Positions 1 to 11,899 are shown, numbered from the stretch's first letter. The stretch is DNA of 56,758 bases from Prorocentrum cordatum (GCA_963575745.1 CAUYUJ010000067.1:62001-118758), one strand, 5' to 3'. The notes: generated from the letters alone by a model not told the origin. Translations and numbers: made by a program.

Positions 1-96
1 CGGCGTCGGCGTCGGCGTTGGCGTCGGCGTCGGCGTCGGCGTCGGCGTTGGCGTCGGCGTTGGCGTCGGCGTCGGCGTGTGCGTCGTCGTCGACGT

Positions 97-128
<32 letters not shown>

Positions 129-262
129 TCGGCGTCTGCGTCGTCGTCGACGTCGGCGTCAGCGTCGGCGTCGGCGTCTGCGTCGACGTCGGCGTCGGCG
201 TCGGCGTCGGCTTCGGCGTCGGCGTCGGCTTCGGGGTCGGCGTCGGCGTCGGCCTCGGCTTC
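1..262. repeat. (GGCGTC)n hexanucleotide microsatellite
   Basis: Direct reading; explains the Ala-Ser, Gly-Val and poly-Arg ORFs. Confidence 0.97.
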
Positions 263-269
263 GTCGTTC

Positions 270-1700
270 CCCCCCCAGGTCATCTGGGGGGTGGGCCTGT
301 GGAGCCCTGGGGTCCATCCCACTGGGGGGAGGCCTGCGAACCCTCGACCCAAGATCATACAATTCACCACTTGGCTTAAACTATAGCTTGCATCACTGCG
401 TGCTCACACCACAGCTTGCACCGCAGAGCTTCCACCTCTACCTTGCAGCAACTCACCGCCTTGGAGTCCACGTTGGCCAGCATTGTCAGAACTACGTGGG
501 GCCAGGCTTGTCGGCCTCTTCCCAGGGACAGCCCTTTGCGACCTATAGCGCCTTTGCCTGTCTGAGAGCCCACAGCGGTCCCAAACGGCTGAAAATGACG
601 AACCACATCCGTCTTTCTTTTTCCAAGTCGTTGGATGTCCGGGTTGATTTGGCTGTATCGTATCATTTTACATGACATTCCATGACGTCGTACTCGCCAG
701 GGAAGCGGGCATCCGACGGCCGCTGTAAGGCTGCCCCCGGAAAATCGCAAGCTTGCCTGCCTGACTTGCGCGCGAAACTGCACCTGGACCCGCTGATCAA
801 GTTTGACGTCTTGCCCTTTCGGAGGTTGCTTGGTCCTTTCTGCGGGATCAGGTGGTCAGGGCTGGACTCGGCTCGAAAACTTGTCAGGATGGACCCCGCG
901 AGGGGTCGGCCAAATGATTTCGCGGCAGGCCTGGCCGTCCGAATGTGGTGACCCGATGGTGTCGCGACGTTTTTTGGGGACGCTGGTCTGGTTGAGCCCC
1001 GACTATATTCTCGTGCTATCCCACATAGTTCTGACAGAAACAGCTTCCCTGTATCGTGCCGACGGGTTGTTTGTCAACGTTGGTCCCAGTTGCGTCCTCG
1101 TGGATTTTCGATGGCACCCCATTTGAGGTCTGACGCTTTCCCCTGGAGTCCCCCAATAACGTTTTCATGTGGTTTCTCGATGTCTGTCCCGATTGATCCC
1201 CGATGGCATTTTGCTAGTGCCCCGACTGATTTGTGTCGTCGCATCGATCGCTCAAGCCAAGGCGCAGGGTAAGGCGAGGCATACCCCTTGTTCGTTGCAC
1301 GTGGGTAGCTTTGGAGTCCCAGGTTCCAATCACTTCCACTCGCCTTCCTATTTCAAGAGTCGAATGGTTCTCACTTGCCCTTCCTTTCCAGGGTGTGGGG
1401 GGGAACCCAATCTGTGTTCTACGCTTTCTCACTTTCTGGTGGACCTGCTTCTCCGAACGATAGGTACCCATACGGAGCTTGCAATGATGGGGCCTCTCTT
1501 GAGGTGCGAATATCTGCCCGGCAGCAGTGCCGCGCGTTCCTTGTCCCAGCCCCGTCCCCGACTCTCCCCCGGGCCCCGGTGCTGCACTCTGCCGCCACCA
1601 CTCTCTGATGTCCCTGCCCACGGCGGCCGCTGGGGACCCCCCTGTGCGTGGCACAGGAACCTGGGACTCCGAAGTTGCTGAGGGAGATCAGGCTCTGTTG
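270..1700 (-). pseudogene. Possible highly decayed non-LTR retrotransposon RT fragment
   Basis: Manual minus-strand translation gives TDIEKPHENV (~1160-1190; resembles RT D-x-x-K-A-Y/F motif) and, ~43 codons later in another frame, GTIQGSCF (~1037-1060; resembles the QG motif). Many stops and frameshifts; boundaries approximate. Confidence 0.35.
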
Positions 1701-1995
1701 CGCGTCACACGTGGATCATCGCGTGCCTCGCTGTGAGGCTGGTTGCATCGATGTGCACAGGACAGCGTCAACAGAGCACCATGCCGGTGGATCGGTTCTC
1801 CCCCCCCCACACTGCTGGAAACCGCACACCAAGCGCAAGAGATATCGAGGTTCGCCTGATCATCGCAACCATCATCTCCAACATTCGACTTCTTGGCTCA
1901 ACCGAAATCCGCATGCAGCTCGCTGTGGGCTGTGGGCAGCGGCCACAGCGAGCCCCAGCAGCATTCACTCTCAAGGTCCGCCCGAGCTGTGTCGG

Positions 1996-2187
1996 ATGGC
2001 GCTGAGCCCATCCTGCGTTGCTTTTGCCCTTGGCCGCTGCTGGGGCCTGGGCTCCTGGATCTACATCCTCGTGGACTCGGCGGCGAGCCTGAGCAAAAAA
2101 GGGCGGCAATTATTCTCCACAGACCACCTGAGTAAGCCGATAGAGTGGGCGTGCTTGGTGGTAAACATCTTATCGAAGACGCCTACG
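1996..2187 (+). CDS. First exon of a small uncharacterised multi-pass membrane protein gene
   Basis: ATG 1996 gives MALSPSCVAFALGRCWGLGSWIYILVDSAASLSKKGRQLFSTDHLSKPIEWACLVVNILSK, with two hydrophobic segments, ending at a G|GCGAGT GC donor (2188). Resembles the N-terminus of the family matched by the exons at 14.2-14.8 kb. The expected 'AY' residues are out of frame at 2181, so the 3' edge is uncertain. Confidence 0.6.
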
Positions 2188-2319
2188 GCGAGTCACCGCC
2201 GCCCCGTGCCTTCCCTAATCGGCTGCGGTGTGAAATATCGAGCGAAAGTTGGGCCACGCTGGTGGACTGCGTGTTCTCCAGGCTGGTGGGAAACAACTTA
2301 TGGAACACTGGGACATGAT

Positions 2320-2790
2320 CCTCTGAGGCCGTCTTGGGGCTGTCTTGGGAGCTCTTTTCGGGCCTTCCGGAGCTTCTTGGGTGCCTCCTCGGGCCCTGTG
2401 CCATCTCGGGGCTCTCTGATGCCGCCTGAGAGCGCTCTTGAGCCACGAAGCGTCTTTGGAGGCCATCTTGGGGGCCGCTCTGGGCCGTCTTGGGACCCTC
2501 ATGGGCCGTCTTGGGACCTTCTCTGGGTCCTGTCGGGGTGGTGTTTGGGGCCTCTTGGGCCGTCTTAGTTGCTCGTAATGCCGAAAAAGGTGAAAATGAA
2601 AACACGTTGGAAGACAGTTGTCTATCAATGATTGGGGTCTCTTGGCCCCCCCAAGACGACCCAAGACGTACCCTGTTGGGATTATCTTGAACAATCTTCT
2701 TGAGGTCATCTTGGTGGTCAGCGACGCGTCTCGGGGGCCATCTGAAGCCGTCATGCGCCATCTTGGGCCATGTCGCACCATCTCCGACGT
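2320..2790. repeat. Dispersed degenerate GGCC-TCTTGG / CCAAGA repeat family (also ~3360-3800 inverted, 13040-13170, 34570-34900)
   Basis: Recurrent ~11-nt motifs such as gccgtcttggg, gcctcttggg, ggccatcttg and their complement ccaagacggc/ccaagag. Confidence 0.8.
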
Positions 2791-5007
2791 CTGAACGGCG
2801 GGCGTTGCGCATTTGTTGGCGCTTCGTGCTGCTTTCGGGTGGCCGGCAGGTCGGACCAAACCCCGCAGACTTCTGTTGAGGGGGCCGAGCAGTGTCTTGA
2901 ACTCCAGCGCGCCCAAGCATCCCTCCTGCAGCGGGGGCGGGGAAAGACGGAAAGCGCGCACAGCGTGTGATGTGTCAGTCGTGGGAATTGGATGAGTTTG
3001 ATTGGGTTGGCATGTGTAGCCCCGGTGATCTAGTAGCAAACATTGCGACGTTGCTGGGAACATCCTCGAAACACTGAGATGTCTCGGGATCCGTACTGGA
3101 AGGCTCCAAGACGGCTTAACATAGCCCAGCAAGATGGCTCTAACACGCCCCTTTTCCGGCCGAAATGGCGATTTCGCTAGGGACATCATGACATCCTCAC
3201 ACACATGCGATGTTGACGGTATCGCTCTTGCTCAATGTGGCGATTTCGTTAGGCACATCCTCGTAGCAATGACTTAGTCTTGGTCTCGATCTTGCCCAAC
3301 ATGGTGATTTCGCGAGCAAATGCGATATTCCCGACATCGTCGTCTTGGGATCGTTTCTGGAAGGCCTCAAGGCGGCCCAACATGGCCCAACACCACGGCC
3401 CAAGAGGGTCCCAAGGTGGCCCAAGACGGCTTCCGGATGGTCTCCAAGAGAGCCCAAGACGGTCCAAGACGGCTTCGCAGACGGCTCCTGACGGTGCAAG
3501 AGGCATCGAGAGGTCCAAGAGCATTCCAAGGCGGTCCAAGAGTCTGAAAGCGTTTCAAGACGGCCTACGAGGCAGGCTCCAAGAAGTCCCAAGAGGTCTC
3601 CAAGAGGATCCCGGAGATGGCCTGAAGGGACACATTTCAGCGATCCCGTTCATGTTTCTGAGCGTTCTCACATTTTCGAGCTTCCGCTAGGCTAAGAGGG
3701 CGCACGATGCCGCCAGGGTCGTGCCAAGACGGCCCAAGAGGCTCCCAAGAGGGTTCCAAAATGGTTCACGAGGGCCCGACGACGGCCCGAGAGTCTCCCA
3801 GGTCCAGACGGGGAAAACGCACGGTTTTGCAAAAGTGGGCGGTCCAAATATGGAAACAACGACATTCGGACAGCGGACTGTCCAAATGGGGAAAATGCAT
3901 GGTTCTGAAGAGCGGGTGGTCCGAGCGGTGAAAACACATATATAGTTTCTGCAGATTCCCTGTCACAGCTCCGCGCGCAGATGGACGGTCCAGGCACAGA
4001 AAACGCGACATTCGGACAGCGGGCGGTTCAAAAATGGAGCACACGTGGTTCTGGAAAGCGTGCGGGCAAAACGGGCAGAACACGATATGCGGATTCGAGA
4101 TGGCCGAAAATGGCAATTCCGCCAGGGGCATGTTTAATTTATGTTTCTAGCATCGTCTTGAAATCTCTCTTTGAAGGGCCTCACGACGGCTCAATAAGGC
4201 CCGACGACAGTTCGAGACGGCCCAATAGGGCCCCAATGATGATGCGATAAGGGCGAGGCGAGGGGAAGAGGGGACGTGAGGGGAGGAATAACGCACAACC
4301 CAGCGATCTCGTGCCATCATAGAGTAGGTTGCGCGTTCCGTTCTCGTGCCAAGCAGGTCTAGTAGCTTTCGGGACCATTTTGTCACCGCGGCTTGTTTGT
4401 TGACTTCCTCCTGGGGTCTCCTGGAGGGCCTCCTGGAGGGCCTCCTGGGGGGCCTCCTGGAGGCCGCCTGGGGGCCTCCCAAGGCTTGAGGGGTTCGGAA
4501 TATTTAATCTTTCGAGAGGGGCGCTTGAAGTCCTGCTGGCTGGTCGTCTCGGGGGGCATCCATCACCAGAGACAAAAAACGTACCGCTGTATCATCTAGG
4601 AGGGCGGCTGTCCCACCCTCTCGAGCTGGTAGCACCTCGTTCCCGGCATGCATCCAGAGAGCTCCTGGAAGGAGGTGCCACCGGCTCGAGAGGAGGGAGC
4701 GGCCACCCCCCTAGCTTTAAAAGACGGGCCTGTCCCTCTACAGGAGGAATATTCAAAAATAGTGCAAAAATAGTCGGGGGACGATTTTAGGAGGAATGTT
4801 CCAACAATAGTCAAAAAATTGTCGGGGGACGATGTTAAAACTATTTCGGATTATGTTTGGCGTATTTTTGGCGTATAATTGATTCCCAAGCATCCTGTGG
4901 TGTTGGTTCCTCGTTTTGAAGAGACAGCGCCCGCGTCCTCCTTCCTTCTCCCGCTGCCTCCCCTCCTCCCCCTCCTTGCCTCTGCCCTCCGCAGGTATTT
5001 CTGTCTG

Positions 5008-5830
5008 CACACCCCTCACACGTTTCGTGGCCCCATAGGGAGCTCCACCTAAGGTCCCAGTGGCGGAACTCGCATGGCGGCCCCGCCCCATTGTGGCACA
5101 CCCCTCACACGTTTCGTGGCCCCATAGGGAGGTCCAGGGAAGGTTCCAGTGGCGGAACTCGCATGGCGGCCCCGCCCCATTTTGGCACACCCCTCACACG
5201 TTTCGTGGCCCCAAAGGGAGATCCAATAAAAAGGCCCAGTGGCGGAGCTCGCATCGCGGCCCCGCCCCATTTTGGCACACCCATCAAACGCTTCGTGGCC
5301 CCATAGGGAGCTCCACCTAAGGCTCCCGTGGCGGAGCTCGCATCGCGGCCCCGCCCCCAGTGTGGCACACCCCTCACACGCTTCGTGGCCCCATAGGGAG
5401 CTCCACGTAAGGTCGCAGTGGCGGAACTCGCATGGCGGCCCCGCCCCATTTTGGCACACCCCTCACACGTTTCGTGACCCCACAAAGGGGGCTCCACCTA
5501 AGGTCCCTGTGGCGGAACTCGCATGGCGGCCTCGGGGCATTTCGGCACACCACTCACGCGCTTCGTGGCCCCATAAGGAGCTCCACCGATGCTCCCAGTA
5601 GCGCAGCTCGCATGGCGGCCTCTGGCCATTTCGGCACACCCCTCACACGCTTCGTGGCCCCACAAGGGGGCTCCACCAAAGGTCCCAGTGGCGGAGCTCG
5701 CATGGCGGCCCCGCCCCATTTGGGCACACCCTTCACACGGTTCGTGGCCCCATAGGGCCTAGGGAGCTCCACCTAAGGTCGCAGTGGCGCAGTTCGCATG
5801 GTTGTCCAGTGGCGGAATCCGCATGGCGGC
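5008..5830 (+). repeat. Tandem array of ~89-bp units (about 9 copies)
   Basis: Unit CACACCCCTCACACGTTTCGTGGCCCCATAGGGAGCTCCACC.AAGGTCCCAGTGGCGGAACTCGCATGGCGGCCCCGCCCCATTTTGG; starts at 5008 and 5097. Confidence 0.95.
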
Positions 5831-5859
5831 AAATTTCGATCTTTGGAGGTTTGGTGTCG

Positions 5860-6132
5860 TCTTCGGCGCATGGAGGCCGCTTTCGGGCCCCAGGCGTGAT
5901 CCTTGACTGCGCCACGAGGTCGGGAACGGCAAGAAGAAGGACGACCACTGGTGGCTGGAGTTCCACGTGCTGCTGTCGCGCGCCACGCGCCACGAGGACC
6001 TCCTGCTCGCGCGGGCGCCGCGCATCGAGTTCTTCCTGGCAGCAGTTTGCGGCGCGCACGAAGCGGCGCAGAAGGGAGGCGACGACCCTCGCCAGGGAGC
6101 TGGTCTTCACCGAGTTTATCCGTGAGGCTTGA
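5860..6132 (+). pseudogene. Frameshifted C-terminal fragment of a PIF1-family (Helitron RepHel-type) helicase
   Basis: SAHGGRFRAPGVILD, frameshift, HEVGNGKKKDDHWWLEFHVLLSRATRHEDLLLARAPRIEFFL, frameshift, QQFAARTKRRRREATTLARELVFTEFIREA-stop. HVLLSRAT matches SF1B motif VI (YV.LSR) and SAHG is at the position expected for motif V. Confidence 0.78.
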
Positions 6133-6783
6133 CCTGAGGAGCGGCCAGCCCAAGCCTCGCCGTCTCTCGACGGTCTGACAGTTTGGCCTCGCGCCGCGGG
6201 CGACCCGCGCGCGTCGCTGGGACCCTTTCGGGCCGACCAGCGCGCGTTGCGGGAATTCCGCGCTGCGCTGTGCCCAGATCCTCGCGCGCCCCCGTCGTCG
6301 CTTTGCCCAGCGGCCACAGCCTTGCCCGCCATCGGCCAGCCAGCTAGCTCTCTCTGCTCCGCGCAGCGGACGACCCGCGCGCGTCGCCGGGACCCCTCCG
6401 GGGCGACGGGCGCGCGTCGCGGGGGCTCCGCGCGGCGCCGCGTCCGCAGCCATGGACTTCGGCGCGCGCGGGCAGAGGGGCAGAAACAAAAGGGAAGGAA
6501 GCGGGCGCGATCCTCGCGAGGAGCCTGCCGACGTGGGCGTCGACATTCGCGCGCGCATAGACAGATTCGCGCGCGTACTCATTCACAATCAGACTCACTC
6601 GCGCTCAGATTCGCTCGTTCTCAGTCTCTCGCGCTCAGACCGACCGTCTTCGTTCGTGTGGCGGGCCCCGCCACGCATGTCGGCGCGCCCCCATCGCGCT
6701 GTTCGTGGCCCCGTGGGGAGCGCGAGCGAAGATGAGATTCACAATTTCGGTATTCACAACTGCACATGGTTGGGTCCCTTGCC

Positions 6784-6840
6784 ATATATATATATATGTA
6801 TATGTGTATATATATGTATATATGTATATGTGTATATATA
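6784..6840. repeat. (TA)n/(TG) microsatellite
   Basis: Direct reading. Confidence 0.95.
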
Positions 6841-6994
6841 ACACAATAAAAACGCCTGTAGGGGGACACGCCCGGCCTAACCCTAGCTGGTGGTATTGGT
6901 ACTTTTGTCTCTCCTGACTCTACGGGGAGACGAGCCTTTGAGGCCCGCTGCCTTGGAAGCTGTGGCGCCCGAGAGGACGAACACATTCAAGGAG

Positions 6995-7292
6995 CAGGGA
7001 GGAGGAGGAGGAGGAGGAGGAGGAGGAGGAGGAGGAGGAGGAGGAGGAAGAGGAGAGGAGGAGGAGGAGGAGAGGAGGAGGAGGAGGAGGAGGAGGAGGA
7101 GGAGGAGGAGGAGGAGGAGGGAGGAGGAGGGAGGAGGAGGAGGAGGAGGAGGAGAGGAGGAAGAGGAGGGGAGGAGACAGGGGGGCGGAGGAGGAGGAGG
7201 GAGGAGGAGGAGGGAGGGAGGAGGGGGGAGGGAGGGAGGAGGAGAGGAGGAGGAGGAGGAGGAGGAGGAGGGGGAGGAGGAGGAAGAGGAGG
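6995..7292. repeat. (GGA)n microsatellite at the 3' end of LINE copy 1
   Basis: Direct reading. Confidence 0.97.
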
Positions 7293-7986
7293 ATACGATA
7301 CGATACGCACACCCTTAACGCCATGTTGTCTGGTTGTCCAATGAATGCTGTACTCGCTTAGTTACAAAAACGCGCAGCAGTGGGCCCTGAACATACAAGA
7401 CAGACTGGAGGCAGTGTGGCGCGGTGAACCTTCCCTTTGGAATGAGTGCCTATGCCGAAGCTCTACGCACCAGGGCCGCGGACGTGGCCCCGCACGGGGC
7501 CGTCCTGGCCTCTGCAGCCACCGACGCATAAGGTAGCCACAGGAGTCTGATGCGGGCGATATTCAGGGTTGACCGCTTGCTCTCTTAGCAATGTCAAGGA
7601 TGTTCCTACTGCTTGCAAAACTGGCAAACCTCTGAGACCCTGGGTAGATCCCTCTGGAGGCCAAATATTCAGTAACTATCTGCTTTTTCGGTTCGAGGAG
7701 GAGCGGGGGGAGGGGGCTGAGGACTCCGAAACCTGGGTCCAGAGAGGGCGGAGCGCACGGGCCTACAGGAAGAGGTAGTGGAGCTTGCCCTCGTAGGTCT
7801 CGATGGGGTGCTCAGCATGTCTTGGCGTATACCGGGTACTTCCAGGATAATATCATCAGAGCGGCCTTCGGGAACTGGAGCATGAGAACGAAAGCCGATC
7901 TCTGGTATGTTGAAGGTCGCTCGTACTTGATCAGCTTCAGTAGGTACTGATGCTTCCAAAATACGAACAACGTTATCTTCACACAT

Positions 7987-8155
7987 TCCCCCCCTCTTGT
8001 CAGCACGCAGGTCACCGTCACCGACGGATCCCAGAATGTGGCTTGCGCCACGATGCTGTTCGAGGGGGGGAGGCGCCCCCTCAGCACGCAGGTCACCGTC
8101 ACCGACGGATCCCAGTATCTGGCTTTCGCCACGATGCTGACCGAAGGGAGCGCCT
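7987..8155 (-). ncRNA. Two tandem copies of a predicted ~85-nt multi-stem RNA structure
   Basis: 59-bp core repeated at 8000-8058 and 8081-8139 (3 mismatches). Each copy is closed by a different 10-11 bp stem, and both hairpin loops are GNRA on the minus strand (GCAA, GAAA). Confidence 0.6.
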
Positions 8156-8675
8156 ATTTCAGCAGGGCCTTCTGGTATATCTTGTCCTGGCGGCATAATA
8201 GAATTAGCTCGCACTTCTGCTCGACTGAGTACCCGTCGTATTCCGCCCACGCCTTCTGTAGGTCGGCGTTGTTCTGGGCTCCGAGACTGTCGCCGTACGT
8301 GAGGAGCCCTTTGATGAGTCTGCCCATCGCGTAGATGTGCGGGGGCCCGAGTATGTGTTCCTTGCCCTTGGTTTCGTTGGCGTAAGCGACGGTCTGTTCG
8401 CTCATCATCGTGATGGATGCGGCCGTCATCGGGACGATGAGGGTGTCGAAGATGACTCCTGACATGTCGCGGTACTGCTGGCTGAGCCTGAGGATCTGCT
8501 TGAGCATGGGTGCGACGAGCTTCTTCTGCTTGTCGGGGATCCCTGCTGCCATCTTGTGTGAGTCCTCCTTCGTGCCGCCCTCGGTCCGTATCTTCTTCCG
8601 TTCGTCGCGTTGTCCCTGTCCACTGTCGTCGCCAGAGGCTGCTCCCCCGCTCGATGCCGCCAGGACGCCAGGCAT
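8154..8675 (-). CDS. Unknown 173-aa ORF downstream of pol inside LINE copy 1
   Basis: Own ATG, uninterrupted, non-repetitive protein-like sequence (RKKIR basic patch; MLKQILRLSQQYRDMSGVIFDT; LGPPH; CRQDKIY), same strand as pol. Confidence 0.7.
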   Translation of the reverse strand: MPGVLAASSGGAASGDDSGQGQRDERKKIRTEGGTKEDSHKMAAGIPDKQKKLVAPMLKQILRLSQQYRDMSGVIFDTLIVPMTAASITMMSEQTVAYANETKGKEHILGPPHIYAMGRLIKGLLTYGDSLGAQNNADLQKAWAEYDGYSVEQKCELILLCRQDKIYQKALLK

Positions 8676-8730
8676 GATGAGATAATGACGGGAGGGGTCG
8701 AGGTAGATGCTCGTCTTGGAGGTGCCGAAA

Positions 8731-9531
8731 CTACTCTATGCTCGATTGAACGTCTACGGACGTCGGGCACAGAGGGCATGTCCTCTCTTCCTTCTGCTCT
8801 GGTTCCCAAGACATGTGAGCTCTACCCATGATACATCTGCCATATCCATAAGAGTGTTTCAAATGTTTGCGAGCATTGTGTACATCTTTGAATATACTCA
8901 TGCAGTTAGGGCACTGGTTAGATATAACGCCACTATGCAATATGTACTTCATCTTGTGTCCGTTTGTCTGATGTCCCATAAGAGCCCTGTAGGTGTCGAA
9001 CTGGAGGCCACATGAGTTTCCCTCGGGGTCCGTCAACATGCATGTGTATACGTTTTCGCGTTTGGCTTCGCGGCAATGTACTTCTGGAAATAGTGTGCAC
9101 CATTTATCATAGTTTGTGAACGCTGCTGCTCTTAAGATCGAGGGGTCGATGCGAGTGAATTCGTGGAACGAATCTGAGTTGGGGTCGAGTAGGGTCTTCC
9201 ATGAGAACCAGCCGCTTCCCAAGCCTCGAAAAAACTCTCGGTCCCACTCACCCCCCGTAGAGGTACAAACTGCGATGCAACTCTTTTGCCCAGGGATTTG
9301 CGTCGATACTGAGCTGTCCGTCTGGCAGCAGCGTCGGTCGCGCATTCTGTAAATGACCGAAGATCGCCGCAATCGTCTGGCTGTGGGCGTGGCGGTGGTT
9401 GAGCATGCCTTGAAGCTACCTGAACCTGCGCACCGCCAACTCTCCCCGAGCGGGGAGGATGCGAAATCTGTAGAGCACCTCTGAATTCCGAAGTGTGCGA
9501 ACGTGTGGCCCATCGTAGGAAGTGGCAGCAC
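8731..9531 (-). pseudogene. C-terminal region of LINE copy 1 pol with C2H2 zinc fingers
   Basis: YTC...CGLQFDTYRALMGHQTNGH and QCPNCMSIFKDVHNARKHLKH; a third CPLC start. Confidence 0.85.
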
Positions 9532-9577
9532 CTCGCAATAGAACTCGTAGGTATTTTTCAGTGCAGGAGTCGATTCT

Positions 9578-10838
9578 TTAATATTCTGCTGGCTTCAGGG
9601 CAAATGTTTCTAAACCCGCGATGCCACTTTCCACAACTTTGCCAAGAAAGAGCTCGCGCTTGAGGCGATGCAATCCACGCTCGTGCCAAAATAGACCGAT
9701 GACCGACCAGCCCGCGTGCATAGAGCGCACTCTGTACTGTGCCTCTGGAGCGTTAGAGCCGTTCATATGGTGCCGAGCTCCCAGGTGCCTAGCGTGGCTT
9801 CGAACGGTGCCACAGGACTCAGGGCATATTTCCTGAAGGCGACGGTTTTCCTTGGTGGATCCCAGACATGGTATGATGTCTGTTTTGCATATTCTGCCGA
9901 ACCCGCCATTTTTCCAGAACCTGGTTCATGTTCGAGTCGCCTTCCTAGATTGCCTCTAGAGCCCCAGACGCCGAGTGATCTTCTAAAAATCGCCGTCGAC
10001 ATAAATCATCTGCAAAACCTACCATCGAGCAGTCCAGTGCTGTGTTTCCAAAGACTCCTGATAGGTAAACCGGGGTCCCGCCGAGCTCGGTGATTTCATC
10101 ATAACACTTGTCGAAGACGCCGACGAATTGTCGAGGTGCCTCACAGGGCCCCTGGATCCCCCCGTTCTTGCTAATAAAAGCCTCAAACTTGTTGTCTACT
10201 TCGATTAAAACTACACTGTTGATCAGGCGCTGCTTCGCGAAGTCCTGGGGATCCTCGCGCACCATGATCTCAGAAGTGCGCATTAAAAGGTCCTCAGTCG
10301 CTGGACACAAGAATGCATTCGTCATGTCGTGAAGCTCGCAAATGTGGGGGATCTTGGGTTTTCGTAAAGGCCATCCTAGACGTAGTTGTACTAGTATGGC
10401 CCCCTCCGTCCTCCGATATCTCAGAAAACCATGCCATCTTCCAGAAAACGATTTGTCATACGCCTCATCTTTGTCCCCCCAGCTATATAGTACTGAATAC
10501 CAATATTTCCAAAACGCGTCCGATAAGTGTACTATGCGTTGGCTGAACATGTTGCTCTTCCCGTTAGACTTGTCAAGCAGGATCCCCGCAGTGATACCAG
10601 ATTTTGTGGGTAGCTGTCCCACCTCGAAAGACCGAATCATAATATTTTCAAACTCCAGGCGTGCTCGTGTCATCTCTGCAGTGGCTGCAAGCATGTGCTC
10701 ACGTCCGGCAGGGGCTCGCTGGTCGTCGGGGTTCGCACGGCCTGGTTGAGTACTAAATATTTGTGTCAACTGAGAAGCTGGGGGAGCGATATGTTCGTCA
10801 TGTTCTTCGTGCGGTCCCATGTGCAGATCGAAGTCCAT
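9578..10838 (-). pseudogene. Reverse transcriptase domain of LINE copy 1
   Basis: QRIVHL, WHGF...RRTE, HDMTNAF, GGIQG, GFADD, then out-of-frame ARHLG followed by the thumb segment (EAQYRVRSMHAGW...LFLGKVVESGIAGLE). Confidence 0.92.
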
Positions 10839-11899
10839 GTTGTCGATCTCTGCGAAGGAATATGTCTCCCCCTCGTCGGCCGTAGTCCAGCGTAGACGTG
10901 GTCCTTCGTCACTGAGGGTGTTTTCTCCATGCGCTCAAAATCTCGGGTTGGTAGTATTTCCATCAAAGCGATGATGTTGACCCAAACCTGGTCGCTCCTC
11001 CTGTTTCTTATCTGAGCAGCCACCATACCCCAGACCAAACTTGGAATATCGTTGCTTGGATAAATGTCCAGGTTCCAGAACAATAAGAGCCAATTCCGAT
11101 GGTACACTCCACTTTGGTCCGCAACGTCTGCCACGAGCTTTTCGCAACTTCCATGCCATTTGTCTGACCATAACTGAGGCCGTGATCTCCATGTTGTGGT
11201 TGCGACGCTTGATCGTGGCCTCTTCTTCCAGGAAATTGGTGTATCATCTCATTCATGTCAGGTATGTAGGTCGCTTCCATTCCTTCGTCTGATCCTCGTT
11301 GTGCTAGGTGTCCCTTCAGTTCGTCCAGCGACGGCTTGTACGAAGAAATTGTATTGTAGCGCCTATTTTTCACACCAGTTGATCTGCCAAACAGTAATCG
11401 TGCCAGCTTGTGTACTTCAGCCTGCTGTCCTAAGAAACGTGCTTCCCGTAGTTCTTGATGGAGGCGTTCGCGGTGTGCGGCTCGGCGACGACGGGCCCAG
11501 CTTCGAAGCTGGGATGATATGCGTTTTATCCTCGCCAGGACATCCAAATACTCATCAGTAAAGTCAGGGAGATGGCCATAAGAATTCCAATACTCAGCTG
11601 CCTCGAGTCGGTGTAGTTTTCTTTGTCTTACCAGGGATAAACGTTCTTGCTGTAATCGATGTTGTGCTGTGTCCGTAGATGTTGGTTCCAATGAAAAATG
11701 TCGGAGTCCAACCTCGTGCACTGTTTTCGCCCAGGAATCGTAGAACTGCTCAGTGTGTTGATGTTGTGTGGCACATTCCGTGAAGAAATCCGCTTGTGCC
11801 TGCATAGTTTGTTCCAATTCCCGATGGAAACATTCCTGTCCTATGCCCGTCTGGAGTGCCTTTGATAGTTTCCGGAAGTCCCATTTTTCCTTTGGTACC

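Larger units (their letters stand above)
4885..6784 (+). mobile_element. Helentron/DINE-1-like non-autonomous rolling-circle element, copy A
   Basis: Conserved head CCCAA(G/C)CATCCTGTGGTGTTGG.TCCTCGTTTTGAAGAGAC after TT, an ~89-bp tandem array, a PIF1 fragment, and the conserved tail CACAACTGCACATGGTTGGGTCC. The tail ATGGTTGGG is the reverse complement of the head consensus CCCAACCAT. Confidence 0.78.

Noticed and set aside
4753..5772. Repetitive ORFs with WGHETCEGCA / GAPYGATKR motifs
   Set aside because: Translations of the tandem array, recurring in all frames at each array.
7835..7870. Hammerhead ribozyme (CTGATGA on the minus strand)
   Set aside because: No stem II or GAAA follows the motif.
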